Notes under the pieces: model-generated
Seen by the model: the letters and a program-made list of their open reading frames with translations, nothing else
What the model was told of the DNA's origin: nothing
Database searches by the model: none
From: a virus
Length of the DNA: 64,000 nt
IMG/VR virus record: IMGVR_UViG_3300042553_000326
Location: 11,243 to 75,242 of that record
Direction: 5' to 3' (one strand)
In this document: one piece after another, positions 21,047-30,239 of the stretch
How the letters are laid out: each line of letters starts with the position of its first letter
Position numbering within the stretch: position 1 is the first letter of the stretch
Position numbers and translations under genes: made by a program

Positions 21047-21363
21047 GCCTTTGCTAGCCCGGAATATTCCATGATGGCAGCAGATAGACTGGACAAGTCA
21101 TCCAGCGGAAATTCTTGCAATTCCTCAGACGTAAATTCAGCCATCTCAGGCGCACCAAGCTTAATGACCACTTCAAGCATCTTCAAGCCAGCATCGTCTG
21201 TGGAATTATCTTGTTCTTTAGCAAGCTTCTGAACTTCGATAACTTGCTTTGTGCTCAGCTTGAAAATCTCCACGGTCTCACCCATGAATTTGACTTTCTT
21301 GCCAGGAGCTGCTTTGAATACACGCTTTTCCATAATTTCTTTATCTTTCTCAATTGTTAACAT
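21031..21363 (-). CDS. Tail assembly chaperone (gpG-like)
   Basis: Lies between the major tail gene and TMP; ends in slippery G-GGA-AAG. Confidence 0.75.
   Translation of the reverse strand: MLTIEKDKEIMEKRVFKAAPGKKVKFMGETVEIFKLSTKQVIEVQKLAKEQDNSTDDAGLKMLEVVIKLGAPEMAEFTSEELQEFPLDDLSSLSAAIMEYSGLAKAGKSN
21040..21046 (-). promoter_or_regulatory. -1 ribosomal frameshift site GGGAAAG
   Basis: Same heptamer as the lambda G/T site, in the correct frame. Confidence 0.85.
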
Positions 21364-21365
21364 GA

Positions 21366-21635
21366 TTATTTAGCCTTGAAAGCTTCTTTGTGAATAAGCT
21401 GAAATTCATCTAGTTGCTTTCGCAAACCATGAAGAATTGTCAACGTACGGAAGACTTCAGACGATTTTACTTGATCACCTTCAAATTCTGCAATACGTGC
21501 AGTCGTCTTTCTGATACTAATATCAATAAAACGACGCATATGTTTGGCAGTAATTCGAAGGACGTAGCCTTGAGTAAAAGGCTTATCTTTGTCGTTTTCG
21601 ATATTATCCATTATTATCCTTGATATTGAGGGCAC
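21366..21635 (-). CDS. Hypothetical protein
   Basis: ORF packed within the tail operon. Confidence 0.55.
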   Translation of the reverse strand: MPSISRIIMDNIENDKDKPFTQGYVLRITAKHMRRFIDISIRKTTARIAEFEGDQVKSSEVFRTLTILHGLRKQLDEFQLIHKEAFKAK

Positions 21636-21702
21636 TGAGACTTATGGTACTCAGATATTTAAGTTAGTGGTACCGGTACATAACCCCTCAAAACATCAGC
21701 TA

Positions 21703-22278
21703 TTAGGCCGTAGTGAAAGCGCCGTAGAAGTCAGACTGCACCGACAGAGTCAGGGTAGCGGTATTCGCATCCGTCAGCTGCGGGTTAACAAGCAGAGCTT
21801 CGATCTTACCAAGCCAGAAGAACTGGGTATTCGGCACGGTCATCACCGACGCACCAACAGAGCCATCAGCGCCGTTAGTATCAGCGTTAGCCAGCGTAAA
21901 GCGGAAAGCGTGAATCACGCCGTCAGCAACCGCATCGCCAAGAATCGTACCGGCAGCCCAATCAGCGGGGACGTAGTTAATCGTTACTTCCAGGTTAGGG
22001 GCGTCAGATTGACCCTGAACCTGCTGCGACTGAGCTTGACCGTACACAGGTACGTTAACAATATTCGGAGGAGTACCGATAGACGGGAACTCACGAATGT
22101 TGTTGATCAGTTTGAACTGAGTAGCACTCGCCGTATCAGCCGCAGTGGTGAACTTGTCATCCCACGAACCGTACACAGTCGGCGAAGCCGGAAGAGCCAC
22201 GTCGGTCGAAGCACTCGTACCGAAGTGAATTGCCAGCGTCGAATAGATACCAGCGCCAATAGAAGTGATATGTGCCAT
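21703..22278 (-). CDS. Major tail protein
   Basis: IREFPSIG.PPNIV.VP.YG...QVQGQSDAP pattern; strongly biased codons; synteny. Confidence 0.8.
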   Translation of the reverse strand: MAHITSIGAGIYSTLAIHFGTSASTDVALPASPTVYGSWDDKFTTAADTASATQFKLINNIREFPSIGTPPNIVNVPVYGQAQSQQVQGQSDAPNLEVTINYVPADWAAGTILGDAVADGVIHAFRFTLANADTNGADGSVGASVMTVPNTQFFWLGKIEALLVNPQLTDANTATLTLSVQSDFYGAFTTA

Positions 22279-22283
22279 AAAGC

Positions 22284-22688
22284 TTAGACTCCAGAAGTGA
22301 AATAGTTAAAAGGTACTGAGTAAATAGCGCGATACAAAGATGGATTATCTCTGTCCGCACCACTAAGTACCAAGTTACTAGCACCTATCTGTGTGACACC
22401 ACTGCCCGTAGACAAGTGTTCTCCCACTAGAAAGGTATCTAGTGTATCTGCTATCTGAGTGACCTTGTTAGGTCCTTTACCAGCAGACACAAATATGTCT
22501 ATATTTAGTATTCCGGAAACGGAGTTAATGTTAACCCCTTTACCACCCGAAATGATGTGTACCCTAATGTAATCGCCAGCAGCCTCTCCAATGAAATTAG
22601 ATGGGAAGGTATCGATATTTTTCGATGTCCATCTAGTTGTCTTGAAGATTGAGAAGACGTCTTTTTGTATATCGGCGTATTTACCCAT
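22284..22688 (-). CDS. Tail terminator-like protein (probable start MGKY at 22688)
   Basis: G.LNIDIFV.AG.G motif; precedes the major tail gene; TAATG coupling with the upstream gene. Confidence 0.65.
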   Translation of the reverse strand: MGKYADIQKDVFSIFKTTRWTSKNIDTFPSNFIGEAAGDYIRVHIISGGKGVNINSVSGILNIDIFVSAGKGPNKVTQIADTLDTFLVGEHLSTGSGVTQIGASNLVLSGADRDNPSLYRAIYSVPFNYFTSGV

Positions 22689-23056
22689 TAATTGGTCCTC
22701 GCCACATCTAAAACCACAATATAGCCATTGTCCTTTACAGGCTGAATGACCTTCCAACTCTTACCTTCAAAGACAGCAGTATCATAGATTGTCAAATCGG
22801 AGATGTCAGCTGTGATAACAATGATTTCAGCCTTTAAAGTATTGGCCTCACTCGTTTGTATCTCGCGTTTGTCTCTTTTCTTTTCAATCACAACACCTTT
22901 TATTACAGTAGACACAACGGCTGTCTGTTCTGCACTAGCTGTTCTGAAGTTGAAGCTAGAAGAATCACTCTGCTGCAACGTAATATCTATGGCTAAGTCC
23001 TTAATAGCAGAGAAGGCTTTCCTAACATTAGATCTTACTGTAGAGCGTAAACTCAT
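22688..23056 (-). CDS. Head closure/neck protein
   Basis: Synteny between the adaptor and terminator genes. Confidence 0.55.
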   Translation of the reverse strand: MSLRSTVRSNVRKAFSAIKDLAIDITLQQSDSSSFNFRTASAEQTAVVSTVIKGVVIEKKRDKREIQTSEANTLKAEIIVITADISDLTIYDTAVFEGKSWKVIQPVKDNGYIVVLDVARTN

Positions 23057-23538
23057 TAGTTTGCCCTCCAGACAGTTCTACTGCCAGCCCCTCCTATACT
23101 ACGCAGCGGTCTTATCATGTTATATACAACACCGGGGATCATACTTACACTCTTAACATTCTTAAGCTTGATTGGGCCTACTTCGATGTCGGTAACACCA
23201 CCGGTGTCATCCAACAGACCATCATTATTAAGCAGATGATAAGCCAACTCGTAAGTCGACTTGATGATTCTTTGAGGAACCTCATCGCCTAACGTGACGG
23301 TCATACCTAATTTAGGGTCGAAGTAGTCACCATAGCGTGGGAATGCTAATAGCTGATCTTCACTTACGGCATAGCCTGTCCAGTTTAACTCATCTAAAAT
23401 GCTGGTAGCAGTAACCAGAGATTGAGCCTTTTGCGTCTCGGACGCGTCAGTCCAGGCCACAACGTCGAGTCTGTCAGCGAAGTATGCATCTGCCTCTTCG
23501 ACAGTAACGTATGAGTTAGTACTTTTAGCTAATGCCAT
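23056..23538 (-). CDS. Head-tail adaptor
   Basis: NSYVTVEEADAYF...Q.LAFPR...VP..I motif; follows the capsid gene. Confidence 0.75.
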   Translation of the reverse strand: MALAKSTNSYVTVEEADAYFADRLDVVAWTDASETQKAQSLVTATSILDELNWTGYAVSEDQLLAFPRYGDYFDPKLGMTVTLGDEVPQRIIKSTYELAYHLLNNDGLLDDTGGVTDIEVGPIKLKNVKSVSMIPGVVYNMIRPLRSIGGAGSRTVWRAN

Positions 23539-23549
23539 AAGCTACACCA

Positions 23550-24749
23550 TTACGAGTGGAAGACCGGGAGAATACCAAGGCTCAGAGCAGAGCTATACTT
23601 ACGCTGCCACACGCCTTGCACGTACGCCGGAGTACCAGTAACCAGACCGTCAGTAGCGGCGGTAAGGGCAACATAAGCGGCATTTTCCACAACTTCCTTG
23701 TAGTCAGCATCAGACGCGAAAGCATCTTCGCTACCAGCCCAGGTGTAACCAGCCGGATGAGCGATGTAGCCCCAGCGATACCAAATTTCAGTGGTACCAC
23801 CACCTTTGTAGGCGGAAGGCGAACGTGCCATTTCGACCGGAGTCGGAACAGCCAGAGCGTTAAAGTTGATCGAGCCAGGCAGCACGATGAAGCTGGTCTT
23901 CGTACCAGTGATATCAACACCAGGACCAGTGTTCAGCTTAGTCAGCTCGGCGCTAGACATCGACTGAGTGGCTCTAGTCAAGATAAGACGAAACTTACCC
24001 TGGAAAATCGTCTGGAAGTCAACGCCGGCTTCGCTAACCTTATCCTGATCCACCAGATTGGCGGAGCGGAAAGAGGCCATAACTTCAGGGCTAGTAACCA
24101 GGTAGGCGTACGACGGTTCGTAATCCTTCCAACCCTTACCCATAGCTTGCAGGAAGCCTTCGGCACGAGCAGCGCCTTGAATGATAGCGGTAGCATCGAC
24201 AACAGCTTTAGCCGAGCCCAGATCCACGTAGAAGCCATACTTCTTGTCAGTCGGGTCGTTATCAAACGTCTGACCACCCAGACCGTTAGCGCCTTGAGCC
24301 TTACCAGCACCATTAAGGGCTTCGGTAATAGCAACACCCTTAAGCACAGCCAGAAGAGCGTTATGCTCGTCTTGAGTACGCGTCTCGGAGAAGTCGCGAC
24401 CAATCTTGGCCAGACCATCTTCCTGCGTAACAACTTGCTTCATGTTGACCTTCTCAGCGCCATGCGTACGAACGGTCTTAACATACTTCAGGAACTCGCT
24501 GTCTTGCGTAGTCTTAGTACCAGCGGTGCTATCGGAGATCGACGCAACGTTGATAGTGGGATTCAGCGGCTTTCTCCAGCGAAGTTGACCAATATAGGTC
24601 TCGGTGTCAACGTTAATCTCAGGGTTCGAGACAGCGATACCGGTACCAACCAGTTTCTTAGCATTGGTGTAAGCTTCATCAGCATAAGCACCAATTGCCT
24701 CTTGCAGAACGGTGTCAGTTGCACCGGTAATAGACTTTGTAGCGGACAT
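23550..24749 (-). CDS. Major capsid protein
   Basis: 399 aa after the scaffold gene; GGGT..I.YRWGYIAHP.G C-terminal motif; high-expression codon bias. Confidence 0.85.
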   Translation of the reverse strand: MSATKSITGATDTVLQEAIGAYADEAYTNAKKLVGTGIAVSNPEINVDTETYIGQLRWRKPLNPTINVASISDSTAGTKTTQDSEFLKYVKTVRTHGAEKVNMKQVVTQEDGLAKIGRDFSETRTQDEHNALLAVLKGVAITEALNGAGKAQGANGLGGQTFDNDPTDKKYGFYVDLGSAKAVVDATAIIQGAARAEGFLQAMGKGWKDYEPSYAYLVTSPEVMASFRSANLVDQDKVSEAGVDFQTIFQGKFRLILTRATQSMSSAELTKLNTGPGVDITGTKTSFIVLPGSINFNALAVPTPVEMARSPSAYKGGGTTEIWYRWGYIAHPAGYTWAGSEDAFASDADYKEVVENAAYVALTAATDGLVTGTPAYVQGVWQRKYSSALSLGILPVFHS

Positions 24750-24764
24750 ATTGTTTCCTTGTTA

Positions 24765-25466
24765 TTATCGAGAGAATTTACCTGCAGCAGCCATCGCAAT
24801 GACTTCTGCCTGTGATTTAGCAAATAAAGAAGTACTCTTCGACTGCTCACCTTGGCCACCTTTAGGTTCGCCTTGGCCACCAGCTCCAGAGTTAGTTCTC
24901 GGTTTAAACAAGAAGGCTTGATCTTCGTCAGCCGCAAAGGACTTGACAAAATCGTGCAATGATACACCAGACTTATGAATCCACTCGCCTTTATCATTAC
25001 GTACGAGCTGATCGATTACTTCCTTAAAAGCAATCTGTGAGGCTCGTTCGTTTCTGAATTCTAGAATACTAAGTGCGGTTTTAACTTCCACGTCGCGGGT
25101 AAGTTCAACAACACGCTTCTCAGCAGCTTCTCTGGCAATCTTCTCGTCCTTCAGACGTTGCTCATAAGCTTCCTTATGTTTACCTTCGTCCTCCAAACGC
25201 TTAAGTTCAGCCTCACGCTCAGCAGTTTCCTTAGCCTTTAATTTAGCTTCTGCTTCATCACGTGCTTTGTAAGCCTTGTCTAGATTTTCTTTGATCTTCG
25301 CTAGTTCAGCATCAGATTTCTCTTTAGCCAGACGCTCAATCTTTTCCTCAGCGGTTTCGTTCTTAAGTCTTTCCTTTTCTTCCTCTTTCTTAATTGCAAG
25401 CTCTTCCGCAGCAATCTCTTCAGGAGTCTTAGGGGTACCGTCTTCTTTGTTTGGATTTACAGCCAT
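24765..25466 (-). CDS. Capsid scaffolding protein
   Basis: E/K-rich coiled coil, FLFK...SGAG tail; directly upstream of the capsid gene. Confidence 0.75.
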   Translation of the reverse strand: MAVNPNKEDGTPKTPEEIAAEELAIKKEEEKERLKNETAEEKIERLAKEKSDAELAKIKENLDKAYKARDEAEAKLKAKETAEREAELKRLEDEGKHKEAYEQRLKDEKIAREAAEKRVVELTRDVEVKTALSILEFRNERASQIAFKEVIDQLVRNDKGEWIHKSGVSLHDFVKSFAADEDQAFLFKPRTNSGAGGQGEPKGGQGEQSKSTSLFAKSQAEVIAMAAAGKFSR

Positions 25467-25542
25467 TTTGTTTCATCTCCTGGGCACGGCCCAAAAACTT
25501 CTCAAGAGAGCACACACGGTGCACTCCCTGAGTAGATTAAAA

Positions 25543-28500
25543 TTATCCGATCCCGTACCAGTACAAATTCTTATCGAACTTATGCTCAATAGGTTTCAGA
25601 ATGTCTTCTCTTGTGAGGATATCCTCGATTTGCAATACTTTACCACCAACAACAGAACGACCAGGCACTGGAATAAGTCCTGTGTCGATAGCCTCATTGA
25701 GATATTGGTCATACAGATCCTTAGGCAAACCTCTTGCACGCATCTCATTCAGTGTGTGCAGGATAACGTTAGACTCTAAAGATTCAGCATATATCTCTCT
25801 AAGTGCATCCCTTGCCTTCAGCATGTCAGCAGCGTTCGACAAGAACGCATCATGAACAGTTGAAGTATCTATGTTATTCCTTCTTCCCCATAGATGATAT
25901 TTCTTTACTAATACAGCATCGTTACTGTGGTTAGTGTTAACCCCGAAAGCTGTCTTAGCTTTGTTTAAATCAGCGATATCCTGCATAGTATCAGACTTAT
26001 TTCTAATCTCTTGCCACCATGTAGGATCGGTCTTCTGTTTAACCTGAACGATATTCGTTATCCACTCACCATCCTTACTTTTGTACAATAGTTTTTCCTC
26101 GAAAGACTGTGTGAACTTTTGTTCAACAACCTTTCCATCGAAATTAACTACAGGTACATTAGTCCAGTTCTTAGGTAATTTATTTGGATGCAAAACATCG
26201 AATCCACCAAACAGATTCTCTTCTATATCGCCTAACTTAAACTTTACCTTTCCAAGGTTCTTACCTGTTACACGATCTATAGGATCTTTAACTCCGAATA
26301 CAATATCAGAGAATGTACTATCAGGTTTGAACCAAGGTATTCTTTTTAGAAGTTTCTCGCTAAGAGATTCAGATGCTTTAGTACCTAGTATTTCGGCTGC
26401 TAGTGGTGACAACTTATCACCAGAGCTGTAATTACCAAATACCATCTGTCTCGCGATAACTGCAAAGTCTAATGAGGATTGCGATGGCTTAGCACTGGTT
26501 AGGAAATCAGCTGCTAGTCTACCAAAGAACTTAGTGAAGCCTTTTAGAATAGGGACTTCTTCAGATAAGTTTTCACTCATTATATTTGCTATTAATTTAA
26601 AGTCATCAGGAGTGACGACCTTATTGTAATTTCTAGACATCTTCTCTACGAGATCATACGTCTTAGGTTCAAGGAACCAAAGTTCCTCAAGAATGTCATC
26701 CCCAGGATCGATACCTTTATTGAAGATGTCCTTCACGTCTTGTCGTAAACTCTTAAGTTCAGCAGCTGTATCAGGATCAAACCTTTCGAATCTAGCTGCA
26801 CGAGCACTTATCTGCTCTAATACAGTGTCTCTATCCGAAGCCTTAACCACTAGGGTCGAGTCTTGTTTATCTAATGCTTTAGCCAACTTAGTTTCTACGT
26901 TGATAATACCAGTACGTTCACCTGCTCCGTAGAAGGTCACCATGTTTTGAGCTTTAGCAGCCTTACGTAGATCTTTTTCCGTTAAGCCTAACTTTTGATT
27001 AAGCTTAATGAATCTTGGGTCATCGAAGGTTCTTGCTGCAATCTCATCGTACAAACGTTTCTTCTGATTGGTTGGTACTACATTAGATAACTCAGCCAAC
27101 TGCTTATTTTTAGTTGTGAGTGCAATGATCTGAGCGCCAGACGACGATGCATCCTGCTCAAGAGCTATTGCTATCTTGTAATCACTTAGCTTAGCTAAAG
27201 ACAGCTTATCATATTTCCCATCAAGGAAATTATGTATTTTAGCTGCTTCAAGTGACAGTCTAAGAGCCTTACCGAGGTCTTCACCATCTATCTCTTGGAC
27301 AAACTTAGAATCCAGCACAGCTCTAATGTCACCTGGCTTACCACGTAGAATGTGATTACCAATCTTAACCATCTCAGGGCGTAATTCTGATGCTATCAGC
27401 TGTCTACCTGTGACGGATAATGAGTTATGTCTACCTTCGAACTTATCAGAAAGTCCACCTAGAAATCCACCTATCTGATCATTTAGGTTCCTCCATCCAG
27501 CTTCACTGAATGGCTTTGCTTCCTTACTATTTAAGAAAGGTCTAAATGATTCACCAGATTGAGGCCCAATAAAGCCTCTTTCGTAGATACGTGCACGGTG
27601 ATCTAGGAATGGTATATTACTGAACGAAGCATTCTTCTTTCTGAGCCAATCCATTACTTTGAATCGCTCATAGGCATCGCCACGCTCTACCATGTATTCG
27701 CGGTAGGTATTCAACTCATTGTAATGTTTAGCGCGACCTTTATCGTCTTCAAACAACATCAGCTTATTGATGAAATCATAGAACTCATTATCGATACGAT
27801 ATTCAGTCCTACCTGCCCAATTAAGAGCTTGTGTCATCGACTTATCAATTAATGCCTCTGGAAAGTCGGCAAAGGAGTCTGTAGACGTTATAGGTATGCG
27901 GGTATCGTAATAACCTAGAACACCTTCGTCTATGAAATACGTTTTGTAACCCTCTCTAATAATTAAACGGTTTCGCGCATCGATTGGTGTGACACGGATA
28001 CCTACATCTACTTTTCTAGTTAACTTAGAGTAGTCTTGGATGCGTTTATCGACAATACGAAGATGCACAGAGAATGTATCATAAGCAGGACCAAAGTATT
28101 TATTACTATTCTTACTCTTCATCCGCCTCTTCTGAACACCAAAGGTTTCTAACTCGTAGAATCCCTTTCCTTTTGCATCGTCTAACAGTTTAACACCAAG
28201 CTTCCACCACTCTTGTCTACTGCCTCTGTAGTTAGCTAGATTATAGAGATCACGTCCGATTGCTACAGCGAGCTGATCCCTATCAGGACCATCTGCCAGA
28301 GCTAATCTGTTTGCAAACTTAAGATAGAATTGCTTTTTCTGAGGTTCTTCTAGGCGAACTAATAGTTTTAAAGGAATTTTCCTATCCAACACGTTACGCA
28401 ATTCTCTAGCGATCTTCGGTAAGGTTTTATCTTCCCATTTATTCTTTCGTTTTATATTAGCTAGGAACTCATCATGAAGCTCGTCTAGTTGGCTAGGTCC

Positions 28501-30177
28501 AAGAACTGGATCTAGAAAGTTATCTTGCTTCAACCGCTGAAGTAACCCTGTATTGCGCCTCAGCTGTGTCTCCATGAAGTCCGACACGTTCATCACATCA
28601 AACTTCATCTGTCCATTGAGGACTGCCTTAAGATTCTGCCAAGGCTCTTTATTGTTTCTAAACCTGGTAAATGTAATTCTAAGATTCTCTGTGACAACAG
28701 CTCTCTCATTAGAACTCATTTCATCTTCAAGCTTATCTACAAACTTTATGATGAAGTCTTTATCAGCTTGCTTAAGGTCTGCACTCTCATTAACTAACCT
28801 ATAACTGTTACTCAATACTGAAGGATTGGGCTGAAATACACGGCTATCCTCGTATCGTCCCGTTAAGGGGTTGAATAATAACTGATCTTCATTAGGTGGT
28901 GTAGATAGAATTCTAGTCTTACTAGCTTTCTTAGTGCCTAGCAGATTACCTCTATAGTTCGTAAGTGATAACGTACCTTCTAAGTCCCTAGACTGCAGCA
29001 GGTAATACTCTTTAAGTGCCTTCTGCAATTCAGTAGATGCAAGTATCTCATCAGGCCTTGATGCACCTAACTTAAGTACATCTAATCTTTCCTTTGCAGC
29101 AGCAAACTTCATCGTATCACCAGGTAAGCCTATACCTGAGGTAGTCATTCTGCGAAGCTCAGCAATACCTACTTCTTTACCAGAAGGATTAGTGAATTTA
29201 TCCACAGTAAGCTGTCCACTTCTAAACATATTCAGTCTAGTGGTATCACCAAGGTGTCTAAGCTGGACTTCAGTAGGTTGACGTTGTAACCACTCACTAT
29301 AGGACTCTTTTAGTGGTGATTGTCCGTCGTAGTAAGCGATTTGCTTAGCTGTGAGACCCTCTAGATTACGTTTTCGAATTTGGGCAATATTCTCGAGTGA
29401 ACCCAAGTCGCTATAGCTTTTGACAATAGGTACAGTGGTACTCCTGCAATGAAAATGAGCAGGAGGCAAATGAGATACATCACTAATAGGATACACAGTG
29501 CCATCGCGATGACGGCAAATAGGGGTAGTTCTAGAATCGAGAACAGCAACGTACTGCCAACCTCTAAGGACTTTCTCATTAGCTTTATAGACCTCATGAT
29601 CTGTTTGTGAACGAACCGAGGTCATAGCAGTTCTTACTAAGCCTAATGACTGATTCATTGAGATATCAAGGACGTTACCTTTACGTATGGACAACGCAAT
29701 AGCCTTTTCATCTAGCCCTTGTGCAATACCATTACGTATTACAGCTTCTAATCGTTTACGCTCGGAGAGGCTTACTGTATTCCAGCCTTCGAGCAGTGTA
29801 ACATCATTGTAGATAGGACGCTTTAACACAATGTCTTCAGCTATACGATATTGTGGCTTAGATGTGCGCCATATCTTACCAACAGCATTATCCAACTGTT
29901 GATAAGTGTAGGATATTTGGCTGGATACTAAGTCAAGTAAAGATCTAGAGCTTACATTATATGCTTGCCCATAGGTCTTTCTTAATAGCACATCTATCTC
30001 TTCCATCATCTTAGGTGACATAGACGCCTTATTACGCAAGATGATATCATCTATCTTCGTCTTATGGCCATTGACAATGGTGTATATCTTACCAGATACA
30101 CGCTCCTCGTACAACCTCATCATTGCAGCTCTGTCTACAATATTATCGTATAGAGCTGTATTCACATTTTGTTTCAT
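25543..30177 (-). CDS. Minor head (SPP1 gp7/Mu gpF-like) protein fused to a T7-family DNA-dependent RNA polymerase
   Basis: N-terminal WQYVAVLDSRTTPICR..DG...PPAHFHCRST; C-terminal DHRARIY, motif A EQDASSSGAQ, motif B RKAAKAQNMVTFYG, motif C HSNDA...VHDAF. Confidence 0.9.
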   Translation of the reverse strand: MKQNVNTALYDNIVDRAAMMRLYEERVSGKIYTIVNGHKTKIDDIILRNKASMSPKMMEEIDVLLRKTYGQAYNVSSRSLLDLVSSQISYTYQQLDNAVGKIWRTSKPQYRIAEDIVLKRPIYNDVTLLEGWNTVSLSERKRLEAVIRNGIAQGLDEKAIALSIRKGNVLDISMNQSLGLVRTAMTSVRSQTDHEVYKANEKVLRGWQYVAVLDSRTTPICRHRDGTVYPISDVSHLPPAHFHCRSTTVPIVKSYSDLGSLENIAQIRKRNLEGLTAKQIAYYDGQSPLKESYSEWLQRQPTEVQLRHLGDTTRLNMFRSGQLTVDKFTNPSGKEVGIAELRRMTTSGIGLPGDTMKFAAAKERLDVLKLGASRPDEILASTELQKALKEYYLLQSRDLEGTLSLTNYRGNLLGTKKASKTRILSTPPNEDQLLFNPLTGRYEDSRVFQPNPSVLSNSYRLVNESADLKQADKDFIIKFVDKLEDEMSSNERAVVTENLRITFTRFRNNKEPWQNLKAVLNGQMKFDVMNVSDFMETQLRRNTGLLQRLKQDNFLDPVLGPSQLDELHDEFLANIKRKNKWEDKTLPKIARELRNVLDRKIPLKLLVRLEEPQKKQFYLKFANRLALADGPDRDQLAVAIGRDLYNLANYRGSRQEWWKLGVKLLDDAKGKGFYELETFGVQKRRMKSKNSNKYFGPAYDTFSVHLRIVDKRIQDYSKLTRKVDVGIRVTPIDARNRLIIREGYKTYFIDEGVLGYYDTRIPITSTDSFADFPEALIDKSMTQALNWAGRTEYRIDNEFYDFINKLMLFEDDKGRAKHYNELNTYREYMVERGDAYERFKVMDWLRKKNASFSNIPFLDHRARIYERGFIGPQSGESFRPFLNSKEAKPFSEAGWRNLNDQIGGFLGGLSDKFEGRHNSLSVTGRQLIASELRPEMVKIGNHILRGKPGDIRAVLDSKFVQEIDGEDLGKALRLSLEAAKIHNFLDGKYDKLSLAKLSDYKIAIALEQDASSSGAQIIALTTKNKQLAELSNVVPTNQKKRLYDEIAARTFDDPRFIKLNQKLGLTEKDLRKAAKAQNMVTFYGAGERTGIINVETKLAKALDKQDSTLVVKASDRDTVLEQISARAARFERFDPDTAAELKSLRQDVKDIFNKGIDPGDDILEELWFLEPKTYDLVEKMSRNYNKVVTPDDFKLIANIMSENLSEEVPILKGFTKFFGRLAADFLTSAKPSQSSLDFAVIARQMVFGNYSSGDKLSPLAAEILGTKASESLSEKLLKRIPWFKPDSTFSDIVFGVKDPIDRVTGKNLGKVKFKLGDIEENLFGGFDVLHPNKLPKNWTNVPVVNFDGKVVEQKFTQSFEEKLLYKSKDGEWITNIVQVKQKTDPTWWQEIRNKSDTMQDIADLNKAKTAFGVNTNHSNDAVLVKKYHLWGRRNNIDTSTVHDAFLSNAADMLKARDALREIYAESLESNVILHTLNEMRARGLPKDLYDQYLNEAIDTGLIPVPGRSVVGGKVLQIEDILTREDILKPIEHKFDKNLYWYGIG

Positions 30178-30239
30178 TTAGGCTCCTTGATAAATATTAA
30201 AAAGAGCACTATTGCTAGCGCCCTTGAAGTATTCACCAG

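Noticed and set aside
21626-21690. Stem-loops between the major tail gene and the next ORF
   Set aside because: Stems are short and single-copy; cannot be distinguished from an ordinary attenuator or chance.
23556-24815. 419-aa + strand ORF, and similar ones at 12431-13231, 21589-22287 and 42147-42683
   Set aside because: Antisense to strongly codon-biased genes; no recognisable motifs.
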